Source: an uncultured Thermoleophilia bacterium (GTDB lineage: Bacteria; Actinomycetota; Thermoleophilia; Miltoncostaeales; Miltoncostaeaceae). From it: a stretch of DNA of 64,000 nucleotides. Position 1 is the stretch's first letter, and each line of letters opens with the position of its first letter. The notes beneath the pieces are model-generated. The model saw nothing but the letters and a program-made list of their open reading frames with translations. It was not told the origin of the DNA and made no database searches. Both the position numbers and the translations under genes were made by a program. The stretch is taken from positions 1,532,274 to 1,596,273 of the forward strand of contig CAVZAI010000002.1 of NCBI GenBank assembly GCA_963773325.1. Direction: 5' to 3'. Below are positions 49,310-58,443 of the stretch, piece by piece.

Positions 49310-50115
49310 GCCCCCGGGTCGTCACCCTGCTGACCGACTACGGTCCGCACAGCGAGTACGTCGGCGCGCTGCACGCGGTCTTGGTCGGCGCGGACCCGCG
49401 CATCGTGCGCGTGGATCTGGCCCACGACATCCCGCGCGGTGACATCCGGTTCGGCGCCGTCGTCCTCGAGCGCCTGGCGGGGAGGCTGCCGGCGGCCGTG
49501 CACCTGGCCGTCGTCGATCCGGGTGTCGGCACCGCGCGCCGCGGGCTCGCCGTGCGACTGGCCGGCGGTGGCGCGCTCGTCGGTCCCGACAACGGGCTGC
49601 TCGGGCCGGCGGCAACGGCGCTGGGCGCGGTCGCCGCCGTCGCGCTGCCGGCGCACTCCGGCCCGGCGGCAACCTTCGACGGCCGCGACGTGTTCGCACC
49701 GGCGGCGGCCCGTCTGGCGCTCGGCGGCGTGCTGGAGGACCTTGGCACCCGCCTCGATCCGTCCGGCATCGTGGCGCTCGTCGTGCCGGAGCCCGAGGTG
49801 GCACCCGGGCAGGTGCGGGCGGAGGTGCTCGGGTGCGACCGCTTCGGCAACGTGCAGTTGGCGGCACGCGCGTGGGTGCTCGAGCAGGCAGGCCTCCGGC
49901 TCGGAGCCCGCGTGCAGATCGTCGGGCCGGCGAGGCAGCGCGCCGCGACGGTCGGGCGCACCTTCGGCGACGTTGCGCCCGGGTCGCTGGTGGTCTACAT
50001 CGACGGCCACGGTCGGCTGGCCCTGGCGGAGCATTGCGGCGACGCGGCGTCCCGTCTGGGCGTCCGCGCCGGCGACATCATCACGGTGGCGGCGACGCCC
50101 GCCCCCGCTCCGTAG
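49306..50115 (+). CDS. SAM hydrolase / SAM-dependent halogenase family protein (DUF62)
   Basis: GTGA overlap with cobA-hemD. Motifs LLTDYGPHSEYVGALHAV...VDLAHDIP and AVVDPGVGT. Confidence 0.8.
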   Translation: MSPRVVTLLTDYGPHSEYVGALHAVLVGADPRIVRVDLAHDIPRGDIRFGAVVLERLAGRLPAAVHLAVVDPGVGTARRGLAVRLAGGGALVGPDNGLLGPAATALGAVAAVALPAHSGPAATFDGRDVFAPAAARLALGGVLEDLGTRLDPSGIVALVVPEPEVAPGQVRAEVLGCDRFGNVQLAARAWVLEQAGLRLGARVQIVGPARQRAATVGRTFGDVAPGSLVVYIDGHGRLALAEHCGDAASRLGVRAGDIITVAATPAPAP

Positions 50116-50140
50116 GGGCTCGCCAAGAGCCGGAGCGGGG
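50102..50140. terminator. hairpin between convergent genes (putative bidirectional terminator)
   Basis: CCCCCGCTCCG (50102-50112) pairs with CGGAGCGGGGG (50130-50140), giving an 11-bp stem and a 17-nt loop. There is no U-tract. Confidence 0.4.
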
Positions 50141-50157
50141 GCGGGTCAGGCCGCGCG

Positions 50158-50520
50158 CTACGAGATGACCTTGTCCTTGATCGCCTGGTATTCCTCCGGG
50201 GAGATCGCCCCCTGGTCGAGCAGCTGCTTGGCCTGCGCGATCTGGTCGGCCGGTGCCAGCCCGGACGCGGCGCGCAAGCGGTCGGCGTCCGCGAGCTGGG
50301 TCTTGACGGCGCGATCGGCCATGCCGTGACCACGCACGATCAGGTAGATCAGCACACCCAAGAAAGGCAGGATGATCAGCAGGATGATCCATCCAGCCTT
50401 GCCAGCGCCGGAGACGTCATGGCTGCGAAACAGGTCGAAGACGACCTGGAAGAAGATGATGATCCACACCACGAAGGCGAAGACGACCAGCATCTCCCAC
50501 AGGAAATGCCAAAAACTCAT
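50158..50520 (-). CDS. PLDc_N-domain membrane protein with C-terminal SHOCT domain
   Basis: Internal ATG MSFWHFLW with GGGAGG upstream. Two TM helices with the GWIILLIILPFLGVLIYL pattern. SHOCT tail QAKQLLDQGAISPEEYQAIKDKV. Confidence 0.75.
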   Translation of the reverse strand: MSFWHFLWEMLVVFAFVVWIIIFFQVVFDLFRSHDVSGAGKAGWIILLIILPFLGVLIYLIVRGHGMADRAVKTQLADADRLRAASGLAPADQIAQAKQLLDQGAISPEEYQAIKDKVIS

Positions 50521-50683
50521 TCGGGTCCTCCCGTTGCTCGGTTCTCGCGCGAGGTGGAGTGCACCCATGTGGGCGGGGCACAGGCGCAAGTCGACCCAGC
50601 ATAGCTGTGGGAACGGACCGTCCGACCGGGCCGGCGGCGCTGTTGCGGAAATTTGACCGACCGTTGGCGAATGCGGTTGCGAA

Positions 50684-51607
50684 TCAAGACGATTGCGATT
50701 CCATATGGAAGATCAGGCGATTTGCAGATGGGTCGGTGAGGACGATCTCGTGGGGGTCGTCCCCGCAGGCGAGCCCGGCGCCGCCGGCGCGCTCGTGCAG
50801 ACCGTCGAGGGCCGCCTGGTCGGGAACCGCGAAGGCGACCCGCTCCAGGTGCGCCATCGTGTCCGGCGCCGGCGGGGCAGCGCGCGACGACCAGGTGTTC
50901 GCGCCGATGTCGTGGTGGTAGCCGCCCGTCGCGAGGAACGCCGCCTGGCGGCCGAGGCGCGCCATCACCTCGAACCCGACGACATCACGCAGGAACGCGA
51001 CGGTGCTGTCGATGTCGGCGACCTGCAGATGCACGTGGCCCATCAGGGTCTCCGGAGGCACGCGGGCGCTGCCGCTGCTGATCGCGAGCGTCTCGAGCTC
51101 GCTGAACAGGTCGTTGATGTCGAGGCTCGCCGTCGTCATCAGCCGCACCTGACCCTCCCAGGTACTGCGCGGCCGGTCCCAGTAGATCTCGATCCCGTGC
51201 CCGTCGGGGTCGGTCAGGTAAATGGCCTCGCTGACGAAGTGGTCCGCCGCACCGACAAGCCGCAGCTGCTGCTGTGCCGCGTACGCGAGCCAGCGCGCGA
51301 GGTCGACGCGTTCGGGGACGCGCAGGGCGAAGTGGTACAGACCGGTGTGGCGGCCACCGAACGGCTGCACCCCCGGCCGCTCGACCAACTCGAGGATGAC
51401 GCGGCCCCCGACGGGCGCGAGCCCGAGGACGCCGTGCTCGTCAAGGGCGTGTGCGACGAGCCCGAACCAGCGATCGTACCAGGCCAGCGAGCGTTCGAGG
51501 TCGCCCACGCCGACCCGCACGGAGGCGAGGTGCGTGGTATCGGGGAGCGCGTGTGCGGGCGCTTGGTCGGTGGAGCTCATCGGGCGATGCATTCTCGGGG
51601 TCTGCAC
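50684..51607 (-). CDS. two-domain VOC-family protein (glyoxalase / extradiol-dioxygenase-like)
   Basis: Two repeated VOC modules (HLASVRVGVGDLERSLAWY... and MGHVHLQVADIDSTVAFL...). HFVSEAIYLTDPDGHGIEIY is typical. An alternative start is 51580. Confidence 0.8.
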   Translation of the reverse strand: MQTPRMHRPMSSTDQAPAHALPDTTHLASVRVGVGDLERSLAWYDRWFGLVAHALDEHGVLGLAPVGGRVILELVERPGVQPFGGRHTGLYHFALRVPERVDLARWLAYAAQQQLRLVGAADHFVSEAIYLTDPDGHGIEIYWDRPRSTWEGQVRLMTTASLDINDLFSELETLAISSGSARVPPETLMGHVHLQVADIDSTVAFLRDVVGFEVMARLGRQAAFLATGGYHHDIGANTWSSRAAPPAPDTMAHLERVAFAVPDQAALDGLHERAGGAGLACGDDPHEIVLTDPSANRLIFHMESQSS

Positions 51608-51701
51608 GCGGGTCTGAGACCGAAGATAGCCCGAGTTGCCCGGCGTGCGCCCCGGGGCGGTCCCGGTGGATGCGGTGTCTCAACGCGGTGACAGCCCGGC
51701 G

Positions 51702-52395
51702 CTACCACGTGCCCACGGCGAACTGCAGCAGCAGGCCGGTACACGCCACCGTCGCCCAGGTCAGCGTACCGAGCGCAAGCGGCCGGTACCCGGCGCGGCG
51801 CATGGTGCCCGGCCCGATGGCCGCGAGCGCGACGGTGATCGACACGATGACCGGGCTCGACAGCGCGGCATGCCACCCGGCCGAACGCCCCCGAGGCTCC
51901 CGAGCATGGCGGCGGCGATGAACCACACCAAGAACCATGGGATGACGGCGTGTCAGCGCACGCGCCGACCGGCATCGTGTCGCCGGGCGACGAACCCGAG
52001 GGCGGCGATCGCCGGGATGATGATCGTCGTGCGGGTGAGCTTGACGATCACCGAGTGCACACCGGCGGCATGCCCGAACGCATACCCGGTCGCGACGACA
52101 GAGAAGGTGTCGTTGACCGCGGTGCCCGCCCACAGCCCGAAGCCGCTCTGGGTGAGCCCCAACAGATGGCCGCTCGGCGGGAAGATCAGCACCGCGGTCA
52201 GGTTGATGACGAAGACGGTCGACATGGCGAAGGCGATCTCGATCCCCCACGCCTCGATCACGCCCGCGGGGGCGGCGATCGCCGACGCACGGCAGATCCC
52301 GGTGCCGATGCCGACGAGCGTGCGCAGGTTGCCCGAGATCCCGAGGGCGCGCCGGACTAGGAGCAGCCACACCCCGCACTGCGCAGCACCGATGG
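51702..52395 (-). pseudogene. YeiH/UPF0324-family membrane protein remnant
   Basis: The family core GIGTGIC(R)ASAIAAPAGVIEA...FGLWAGTAVNDTFSVVATG...VKLTRTTIIIP is present, but the first about 100 aa are missing. There is an in-frame TGA at 51953-51955, followed by ...IPWFLVWFIAAAMLGS in the same frame. A frame change near 51880 is needed to reach the C-terminal ...ITVALAAIGPGTMRRAGYRPLALG... Confidence 0.55.
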
Positions 52396-52842
52396 CTACG
52401 CGCAGGTCGTGGTCGTGATCGTCCGTTTTGCGCTGGCCGTCGACTGCGTACTCGCGCCCCACGCGGCGTCGGTGAGCGTGGTGGTGACGGCGAACCAGTA
52501 GCCGGTGCCCCCTGAGGTCCCGGTCAACGACGCGGTCGTAAACGGTGAGGTGCCAGTTCCGAGCGAGGTCCACGGCCCGGTCGCAGAGGTGGTTGAGTCG
52601 TAGACGGTATAGCTCGCGGCACCGGTCTCGGCGGTCCAGCTGACGGTGACCTTCGTTCCCGTCGCGCACGTCGCCGTGACTCCGGTCGGCGCCGGTGTGG
52701 CAGTCGGTGTCTGGGCCTGGGCCTTGCTGCCAGCGGCGAGCGATACGGTCCACGAGGTCGCGACGGCGATGCCGGCGGCGCCAAGCAGCGTCACGGCGAT
52801 CGCGAGCCCAACAGCCGTTCGTGAGTCGTGGCGGCGTGTCAT
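52396..52842 (-). CDS. membrane-anchored small protein with an FN3-like Thr/Ser-rich domain, partner of paralog 1
   Basis: 148 aa. One TM helix followed by ATSWTVSLAAGSKAQAQ, the same motif as in the paralogs. Then a VTVSWTAETGAASYTVYDS...GPW pattern. Cys at the domain start and at the penultimate residue. Lies 35 nt downstream of paralog 1. Confidence 0.6.
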   Translation of the reverse strand: MTRRHDSRTAVGLAIAVTLLGAAGIAVATSWTVSLAAGSKAQAQTPTATPAPTGVTATCATGTKVTVSWTAETGAASYTVYDSTTSATGPWTSLGTGTSPFTTASLTGTSGGTGYWFAVTTTLTDAAWGASTQSTASAKRTITTTTCA

Positions 52843-52877
52843 CGAGTCAGCGGTTCATTCGGACGGCAGTCCGTTCG

Positions 52878-53537
52878 CTAGGAGGTCCAGGCGTCGGTCG
52901 CGGGGCTTACGGTCGGCGTCCCGGATCCGGCGGTTGCGGTAATGGCGGTGAACGACGGCATCGCGAAGTACGTGCTCTTGCAGCCCGTCGGTGCCGACGT
53001 CCCCATCGTGACGTCGTTTGTGAACGTCACCGTCAGCGTCGAGTTGGCGCCGACCACTAGCGCCGTGGTGAGGGTGTGCGAGGTGCCGCTGACTCCGGTC
53101 GCGTAACGCCAGGCCACCGTTCCCTGCGCCGCAGTGCAGTTCGTATTCAGCGTCGACAGCGACGAGTTGGTGTAGCCCGTCGCGTAGGTCGTGCTCGTCG
53201 GCAGGTTGACAGCTGTGATCGTGACGGGCGCGGTGCTCGTGTTCGTGATCGTCACAACGGCGTCGCCGGACGCGCCGGGGTAGACAAGGTTGACCGGCGA
53301 GGGGACCGCAGACGCGGTGATCGTCAGGTTTGCGACGCTCGCGGCCCGGCCCTGGCCCTTGGATCCGCTGTTGAGCCCGACGGTCCAGTGGGTGGCGCCA
53401 AAGGCCACGCCGGCGACCGAGAAGACGGCCGCGACGGTGGCCGCGACCCGCCATGCGCGGGTCCCGCGGGCGCGCCGAAACGCCTGGTACCGGGGGTGTT
53501 CCTCTCGTGGCTTCCGCGGACGGGAGAGGGGTGACAT
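52878..53537 (-). CDS. paralog 1 of a membrane-anchored beta-rich two-Cys protein family (unassigned, TasA/camelysin-like only by architecture)
   Basis: 219 aa from ATG 53537. Basic N-tail SPLSRPRKPREEHPRY, a TM helix, ATHWTVGL..GS, PGASGDAVVTITN, LPTSTTYATGYT, Cys...Cys, and a C-terminal TDAWTS. Confidence 0.7.
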   Translation of the reverse strand: MSPLSRPRKPREEHPRYQAFRRARGTRAWRVAATVAAVFSVAGVAFGATHWTVGLNSGSKGQGRAASVANLTITASAVPSPVNLVYPGASGDAVVTITNTSTAPVTITAVNLPTSTTYATGYTNSSLSTLNTNCTAAQGTVAWRYATGVSGTSHTLTTALVVGANSTLTVTFTNDVTMGTSAPTGCKSTYFAMPSFTAITATAGSGTPTVSPATDAWTS

Positions 53538-53629
53538 GGGCAATGGTCTCGAGTGGCCTTCGGTACGTCGCGAACGACGGTCGTGCTCCGGGCGCGGGGG
53601 TCGGCCTGGAGATGGGCGACAGGGGGGAT

Positions 53630-53651
53630 CCGCTCATCACACCTATCGGCA
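53630..53651 (-). promoter_or_regulatory. conserved upstream element of paralog 1 (TGCCGATA-N8-GAGCGG)
   Basis: In minus orientation the TGCCGATA octamer ends 106 nt upstream of ATG 53537. The same octamer and spacing occur upstream of paralog 2, and GCCGATG occurs at 106 nt upstream of paralog 3. Confidence 0.35.
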
Positions 53652-53852
53652 TCCGGAGTTCGTTCTTGAGCTATCAATCCCTGCAAAATGGCGGTTTTTT
53701 ACGACTGCATCACACATTGGGACCGCCGGTGGTAAGGCCGCGGCGCCCTCGTCTCGCGGGGTCACACGTGGACCGGGGGGATCCCGCCCGGACCCGATCT
53801 TTGTCCCGGTGGCCAAGGAGCGCGAGCTGCCCGGGCCTTAGCCTGCCTTGGC

Positions 53853-55622
53853 GTGCGTGATGTCCCTGCAATTCGTGAACTCCGCTTCCTTCAGCGCCTC
53901 GCCCTGGCGGCCGGATCGACCCTTGACGGGGCGACGCTGGTGAACCTCGTGATCGCGGAGACCACCGAAGCGACGGAGACAGATGTCTGCTCGGTGTATC
54001 TTCTCGCGGCCGACGGCGAACATCTCGTTCTTGCCGCGACGAACGGGCTCTCTCAGCGCGGCGTCGGCCGCGTCCGGCTACGGATTGGTGACGGGGTGAC
54101 GGGCTGGGCGGCGGAGGCGCGGGCCCCTGTCGTGGTCCCGGATGTTCGGGTCGAGCCGCGGTTTCGGTGGCTGCCAGAGGTCGATCAGGACCGGTTCGTG
54201 TCGATGTGCTCGGTACCGATCATCTCCGGCGATCGGCTCGTCGGCGTGCTGAATGTCCAGACCGACCACCCCCGCGACTTCGGCGACGGCGATGTCGGGC
54301 TCCTGTCGGCGATCGCCGCCCACGTCGCCGGGGCGCTCGAGCGCACCGAGCTGCAGGGCCGGCTCGAGAGCCGCGTCGCGGAGCTCCACCGATCCGAGGA
54401 GATCCACAAGCGATTCACGGACCTCGCGCTCGCGGGCGCCGGACTCGATGCGATCTGCGCCGCCGTCGCTGCGCATGCGGGCGCCTCGGCTGCCGTCTTC
54501 GACGACGACGGCGAGCGCCTCGGCGCGAGCCCCGGCGCCGGGCTTCCGGACCGGATGGCGGGGGTCTCGGCGCCGGGACGACGCGACGACGGTATCGCGG
54601 TTGTGCCGATCCGGGCGGGCCAGGAGACCCTCGGCTGGCTCGCCATCGGTCCCGGCGGCGGTGCCGACTCGCACAGCCGGCGCATGGCCATCGATCACGG
54701 GACGACGGTGATTGCGCTCGACCTCATGCGCGAGCGCGCCGCGGCGGAAGCCGACCGGCGCCTTCGCGCCGACCTGTTAGACGAGCTGCTCGCGGCGCGG
54801 GCCGGCACGACGGACGCCTCGCGGCTCGCGCGGAAAGCCGCGCGTCTCGGTCTGCGCATCCGCGGACGCGTCTGGGCGGTCGTCATCGCGCCCGATGATC
54901 CGGAGGGCGCGCGGGCGGTCGCGACGGACCCCATCGCCCAGCGCGTCAGCCGAACGCTCGCCGACGCCATCGACGTGCCCGGCGGACAGGTCGTCGCGCG
55001 TGGGACGACCTTCGTCCTGCTGGTTCCGGGTGAGGCGGACCTGGCGCGTGTCGAGCAGATCGCGCGGGCGGCCGCCGATGCCGCGCAGGCACGGACGGGC
55101 GGATACGGCTTTTCGGCCGGGATCGGAAGCGGCGCCGGGGGTCCTGGCGAGCTTCGCCGCCTGGTCTCCGAAGCGGAGCAGGCACTCGCTCTCGTGCAGC
55201 GGGGGAGCGGTCGCAGCGAGGTGCAGGCCTACACGCGTCTCGGAGTCGATCGGCTTCTCCTGGAGATCTCCGACAACGAGTGCCTGGGCGCGTATGTCAA
55301 GGAGTGGCTCGGGGATCTCGTCAGTCACGATGAGCGGGGACCCGCGGCGGCTCCCCTCATCGAGACTCTCGAGGCGGTCGTTGCAGAGGGCTGGAACCTG
55401 CGGGCCGCCGCGCGACGGCTCAGCCTCCACACCAACACGCTCCACTATCGCCTCGGACGGGTTCAGGATGTCTCCGGGAGAGATCTCGACGACCCGACGA
55501 CCCGTCTCGCGCTCGCGGTCGCCCTCCGCGGGTATCTCCTGCTCGGAGCGCTGCGCGGCGCCTCAGGCCACCCACTGGGCGCCGAGGCCGGGCTGACGCC
55601 GCGGTCCGCCGCCGAGGGCTGA
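53853..55622 (+). CDS. GAF-domain sensor fused to a PucR/CdaR-family C-terminal HTH transcriptional regulator
   Basis: N-terminal GAF (VYLLAADGEHLVLAATNGL...VPIISGDRLVGVLNVQ). C-terminal PucR HTH (NLRAAARRLSLHTNTLHYRLGRVQDVSGRDL). Divergent from paralog 1. Confidence 0.85.
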   Translation: MRDVPAIRELRFLQRLALAAGSTLDGATLVNLVIAETTEATETDVCSVYLLAADGEHLVLAATNGLSQRGVGRVRLRIGDGVTGWAAEARAPVVVPDVRVEPRFRWLPEVDQDRFVSMCSVPIISGDRLVGVLNVQTDHPRDFGDGDVGLLSAIAAHVAGALERTELQGRLESRVAELHRSEEIHKRFTDLALAGAGLDAICAAVAAHAGASAAVFDDDGERLGASPGAGLPDRMAGVSAPGRRDDGIAVVPIRAGQETLGWLAIGPGGGADSHSRRMAIDHGTTVIALDLMRERAAAEADRRLRADLLDELLAARAGTTDASRLARKAARLGLRIRGRVWAVVIAPDDPEGARAVATDPIAQRVSRTLADAIDVPGGQVVARGTTFVLLVPGEADLARVEQIARAAADAAQARTGGYGFSAGIGSGAGGPGELRRLVSEAEQALALVQRGSGRSEVQAYTRLGVDRLLLEISDNECLGAYVKEWLGDLVSHDERGPAAAPLIETLEAVVAEGWNLRAAARRLSLHTNTLHYRLGRVQDVSGRDLDDPTTRLALAVALRGYLLLGALRGASGHPLGAEAGLTPRSAAEG

Positions 55623-55742
55623 CGCAGGACGCCGGCGCGGTGATCCACGCGTCGGTGACGCGACGCGGCCGCTCGCGCCGGCCACGAACCGGCGCCACGT
55701 TGCCGACGTCGACCACATGCACGGGAGTCGTGCGCGGTGCCC

Positions 55743-55782
55743 ACGACAGGGGGGCGGGCCAAGAAACCCGCCCCCCTGTCGT
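55743..55782. terminator. strong hairpin between the convergent regulator and paralog 2 (putative bidirectional terminator)
   Basis: A perfect 16-bp stem, ACGACAGGGGGGCGGG (55743-55758) with CCCGCCCCCCTGTCGT (55767-55782), and an 8-nt loop CCAAGAAA. Confidence 0.6.
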
Positions 55783-55848
55783 CGATCTGAGCTGCGACGG
55801 GCGCAGGGCCCGAGGGGTGATCCCCCGAGACCCCTGCTCGTCAGATGG

Positions 55849-56523
55849 TTACGAGGTCCAGGCGTTGGTCGTCGGGCTCGTGGTTGCCGTCGCGCCAGCG
55901 GTCTCCGAGGCGGTCACGCCCGTGAGCGACGGAAGTGAGAAGTACGCCGCTTCACATGCTGCCGGCGCCGCTGCCGTCATGCTGGCGTCGTTCGTGAACG
56001 TCACGGTGAGGCTGGAGTTGGCGCCGATCACCAGCGGGGTGGTGAGGGTGTGCGGGTTCGACCCGGCCGAGTAGTTCCAGATGACGTCGGACTGGTTGGC
56101 ACCGACGGTCGAGGTGCATCCAGAGATCGCACCGGTGAGGTTGGACGCCGTGTAGCCCGTCGCATAGGTCGTGGAGGACGGCAGGCTGAGGGCGGTGAGA
56201 GTCACCGCCACGGCGTTCGGGTTGGTGATCGTCGCGACGACGTCGCCGTTGCCGCCCGGGAAGAGCAGGTTCGTCGCCGCCGGCGATGCGACGGCGGAGA
56301 TCGTGAGGTTGGAGACGGTGCCTGCCTGGGCTTCACCGCTCGAGCCGCCGGTGAGGCCCACGGTCCAGTTCGTGGCCGCGAATGCGACCGCCGCGGTGAG
56401 CACCGTGCCGGCCACGACCGATGCAACCCGTACCGCGCGAGGCCGCCGCTTGCGCAGATCCTGGTAGTACCAGGGGGTCTCCTCCCTGGCTTTCCGGAAG
56501 AACGAGAGGGGTGACTTGGGCAT
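55849..56523 (-). CDS. paralog 2 of the membrane-anchored beta-rich two-Cys protein family
   Basis: 224 aa from ATG 56523. SPLSFFRKAREETPWY, a TM helix, ATNWTVGL..GS, PGGNGDVVATITN, LPSSTTYATGYT, Cys...Cys, and a C-terminal TNAWTS. By eye about half the residues are identical to paralog 1. Confidence 0.7.
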   Translation of the reverse strand: MPKSPLSFFRKAREETPWYYQDLRKRRPRAVRVASVVAGTVLTAAVAFAATNWTVGLTGGSSGEAQAGTVSNLTISAVASPAATNLLFPGGNGDVVATITNPNAVAVTLTALSLPSSTTYATGYTASNLTGAISGCTSTVGANQSDVIWNYSAGSNPHTLTTPLVIGANSSLTVTFTNDASMTAAAPAACEAAYFSLPSLTGVTASETAGATATTSPTTNAWTS

Positions 56524-56541
56524 GGGGGTACCACTTTCCAT

Positions 56542-56990
56542 TCATCGCGTGACAGTTGCTGCGTTGGGCGAAGGGGGGGGTGCATGCCCGCGCGGCGAGT
56601 GGCACCTGAGCGAACCACTCGCGTGAGATATCGGCAGCACGCGCTGGCACTTGAGCCGCGTTCCCGGCCGATGACCGGCGAGATGCAGGGCCTGTTCGCC
56701 GCCGCCAGCCTCGGCCCGGGCCGCGACGCGGTCGACGTCGTCGACATACAGATGCAACATCAGCGTCGCGGTGTCCGACGCGTCAGGCGCCACCGCAGCG
56801 AGATTCGGGACGTCCAGGCCGAGGATGATCAGCGAGTCGCCGATCGTCTGCTCGAAGCGCAATACCGGTCGGTCGGGGGTTCGCGGGCGGCCGCCCCGTT
56901 CGGTTGGGCCGAAGACCGCGACGTCGAACGCGATTGCCGCGTTGACATTTGGCCATGGACACAGCCGTGGGTGATTGCCGGAGATGCGCG
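56542..56990 (-). pseudogene. VOC/glyoxalase-family gene remnant
   Basis: In-frame translation gives ...NVNAAIAFDVAVFGPTE...RFEQTIGDSLIILG...LMLHLYVDDVDRVAARAEAGGGE, which is a VOC N-terminal pattern. There is no canonical start upstream of this, and the C-terminal half is unrecognisable. The ORF stops one codon before the longest paralog-2 ORF start. Confidence 0.4.
56615..56636 (-). promoter_or_regulatory. conserved upstream element of paralog 2 (TGCCGATA-N8-GAGTGG)
   Basis: The octamer ends 105 nt upstream of ATG 56523. Confidence 0.35.
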
Positions 56991-57070
56991 CGGTCAGGGG
57001 TCATTCCGGCCGTCGCGTCAGGTAACCGGTCCCAACCGCTGGCGTACGCCCGTGCCGGCGCGAGTGGCGG

Positions 57071-57433
57071 CTAGGCCTGCCCGAGTCGGTGGCCGCTCCA
57101 CTCCCGCACCAGCAGGGCGAGCGCCGAGCTGTCCCGCGCGCCGTGGCGCATCACGACGCCCAGCTTGGGATGCGGGTGCAGGATCTCGGCACTGCGCGCC
57201 GGGTGCTGCGGGCTCGACTGGCCTTCGATGAAGATCCCCCCGTTGCAGCAGGAGCAGATGAAGCGGGCGCGGGCGAAGCGCGTCGCGGGCAGGTAGGCCA
57301 CGCAGGCGCCGTCGGGCGTGCTCTCCGGGAACGCGATGTCGCGGCCCGGGTCGAACTCCGTCCAGCCATGCACGTCCTCCAGGTGTGCCCGGATCTCCTC
57401 GAGCGCTGCACGGGTCGGTGCCTGCTGGCGCAT
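57071..57433 (-). CDS. hypothetical cytoplasmic protein (Cys-rich motif CSCCNGG)
   Basis: ATG 57433 with GGAGG 7 nt upstream. 120 aa. No family recognised. Confidence 0.55.
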   Translation of the reverse strand: MRQQAPTRAALEEIRAHLEDVHGWTEFDPGRDIAFPESTPDGACVAYLPATRFARARFICSCCNGGIFIEGQSSPQHPARSAEILHPHPKLGVVMRHGARDSSALALLVREWSGHRLGQA

Positions 57434-57748
57434 CGTCTGGCCTCCTTGCTGAACGAGTGCGTGGCGCGATCTAGACAGGTTGTCGGCGGCCGCTGGGCCG
57501 CCCATAACCCCGCCCGAAACGGTTTGCGAAAAACTTCACATCTCGTGCCGTTTGACACGATCTCGGCGTCGCTCAGCGCGCCGGACGCGCGCCACGAGGC
57601 GGTGGGGAGCGGGTCGGAATCGCGGCGGATCTGCCTACGGGGGCGGTAGATTCGCTGCCCGAAGCCGGGCTCGACGACGGGTCACGCGGCCGTTGCCCGC
57701 GCGAGCAGGTAATGTCCACCGTCGAGGTTGCCAAGCCGAGGAAGGTAC

Positions 57749-58357
57749 ATGGCCGAGCAAGAGGGCATCTTCGATGCCTTGGCGAGCAACGTAGACGGAC
57801 TGACGGTCTCGGAGCTCGTCGGGCTGCTCGGCGCCTCCGACAGCCAGGTGCGGCGCAGGCTGTCGGCACTGGTCGCCGCTGGTGCCGTGACGACGCTCAA
57901 AGACGACCCCGCCGGCCCGGGGCGGCCGACGCTGCGCTTTCGCGTCTCGCCGACGACCAGTGGCTGGCCCGAGCTCGTCCGGATTCTCGTCGCGGTCGTC
58001 GGTACCGACACCGACCACGAAGCCGCGATGCTCACGCTCGCCCGGCGACGTGGCGCGGAAATGGCGAGCGGGGAGTTCCCGCACGGGGTCGTCGACACGA
58101 TGGCTCGGCTCGGATTCGCCCCGCGCGATCGGTCCTCCCGGCACGATGCCCGCGAAGGCGTCTACCGCGTCAGCTTCCAAAGCTGCCCGTTTCGTGACGC
58201 GGTGACCGGCGAGGATGGCCGCACCGTGTGCACGCTGCATCGCGGTCTCGTTGAGGGCCTGAGCGCGGCGCTCGGCGGACGGCTCGACGACTTCGACCCG
58301 CGCGACCCGATCGTGGCCGGCTGCGAAGCGCAACTGCGGGCAGCCCCGGCCGGGTAG
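57749..58357 (+). CDS. ArsR/SufR-like winged-helix regulator with a C-terminal Cys-containing domain (COG2345-like)
   Basis: ATG with AGGAAGG upstream. wHTH LTVSELVGLLGASDSQVRRRLSALVAAG. C-terminal CPFRDAV...VCTLHRGLVEG...GC. Confidence 0.7.
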   Translation: MAEQEGIFDALASNVDGLTVSELVGLLGASDSQVRRRLSALVAAGAVTTLKDDPAGPGRPTLRFRVSPTTSGWPELVRILVAVVGTDTDHEAAMLTLARRRGAEMASGEFPHGVVDTMARLGFAPRDRSSRHDAREGVYRVSFQSCPFRDAVTGEDGRTVCTLHRGLVEGLSAALGGRLDDFDPRDPIVAGCEAQLRAAPAG

Positions 58358-58443
58358 CCCGGCGCCGGAACTGCTCAGTCGGCAGGTGGATCCCGATGAC
58401 CGGGAGCGACGATGTCGGCTGTACCGACCGCGTGCGGTCGGGA

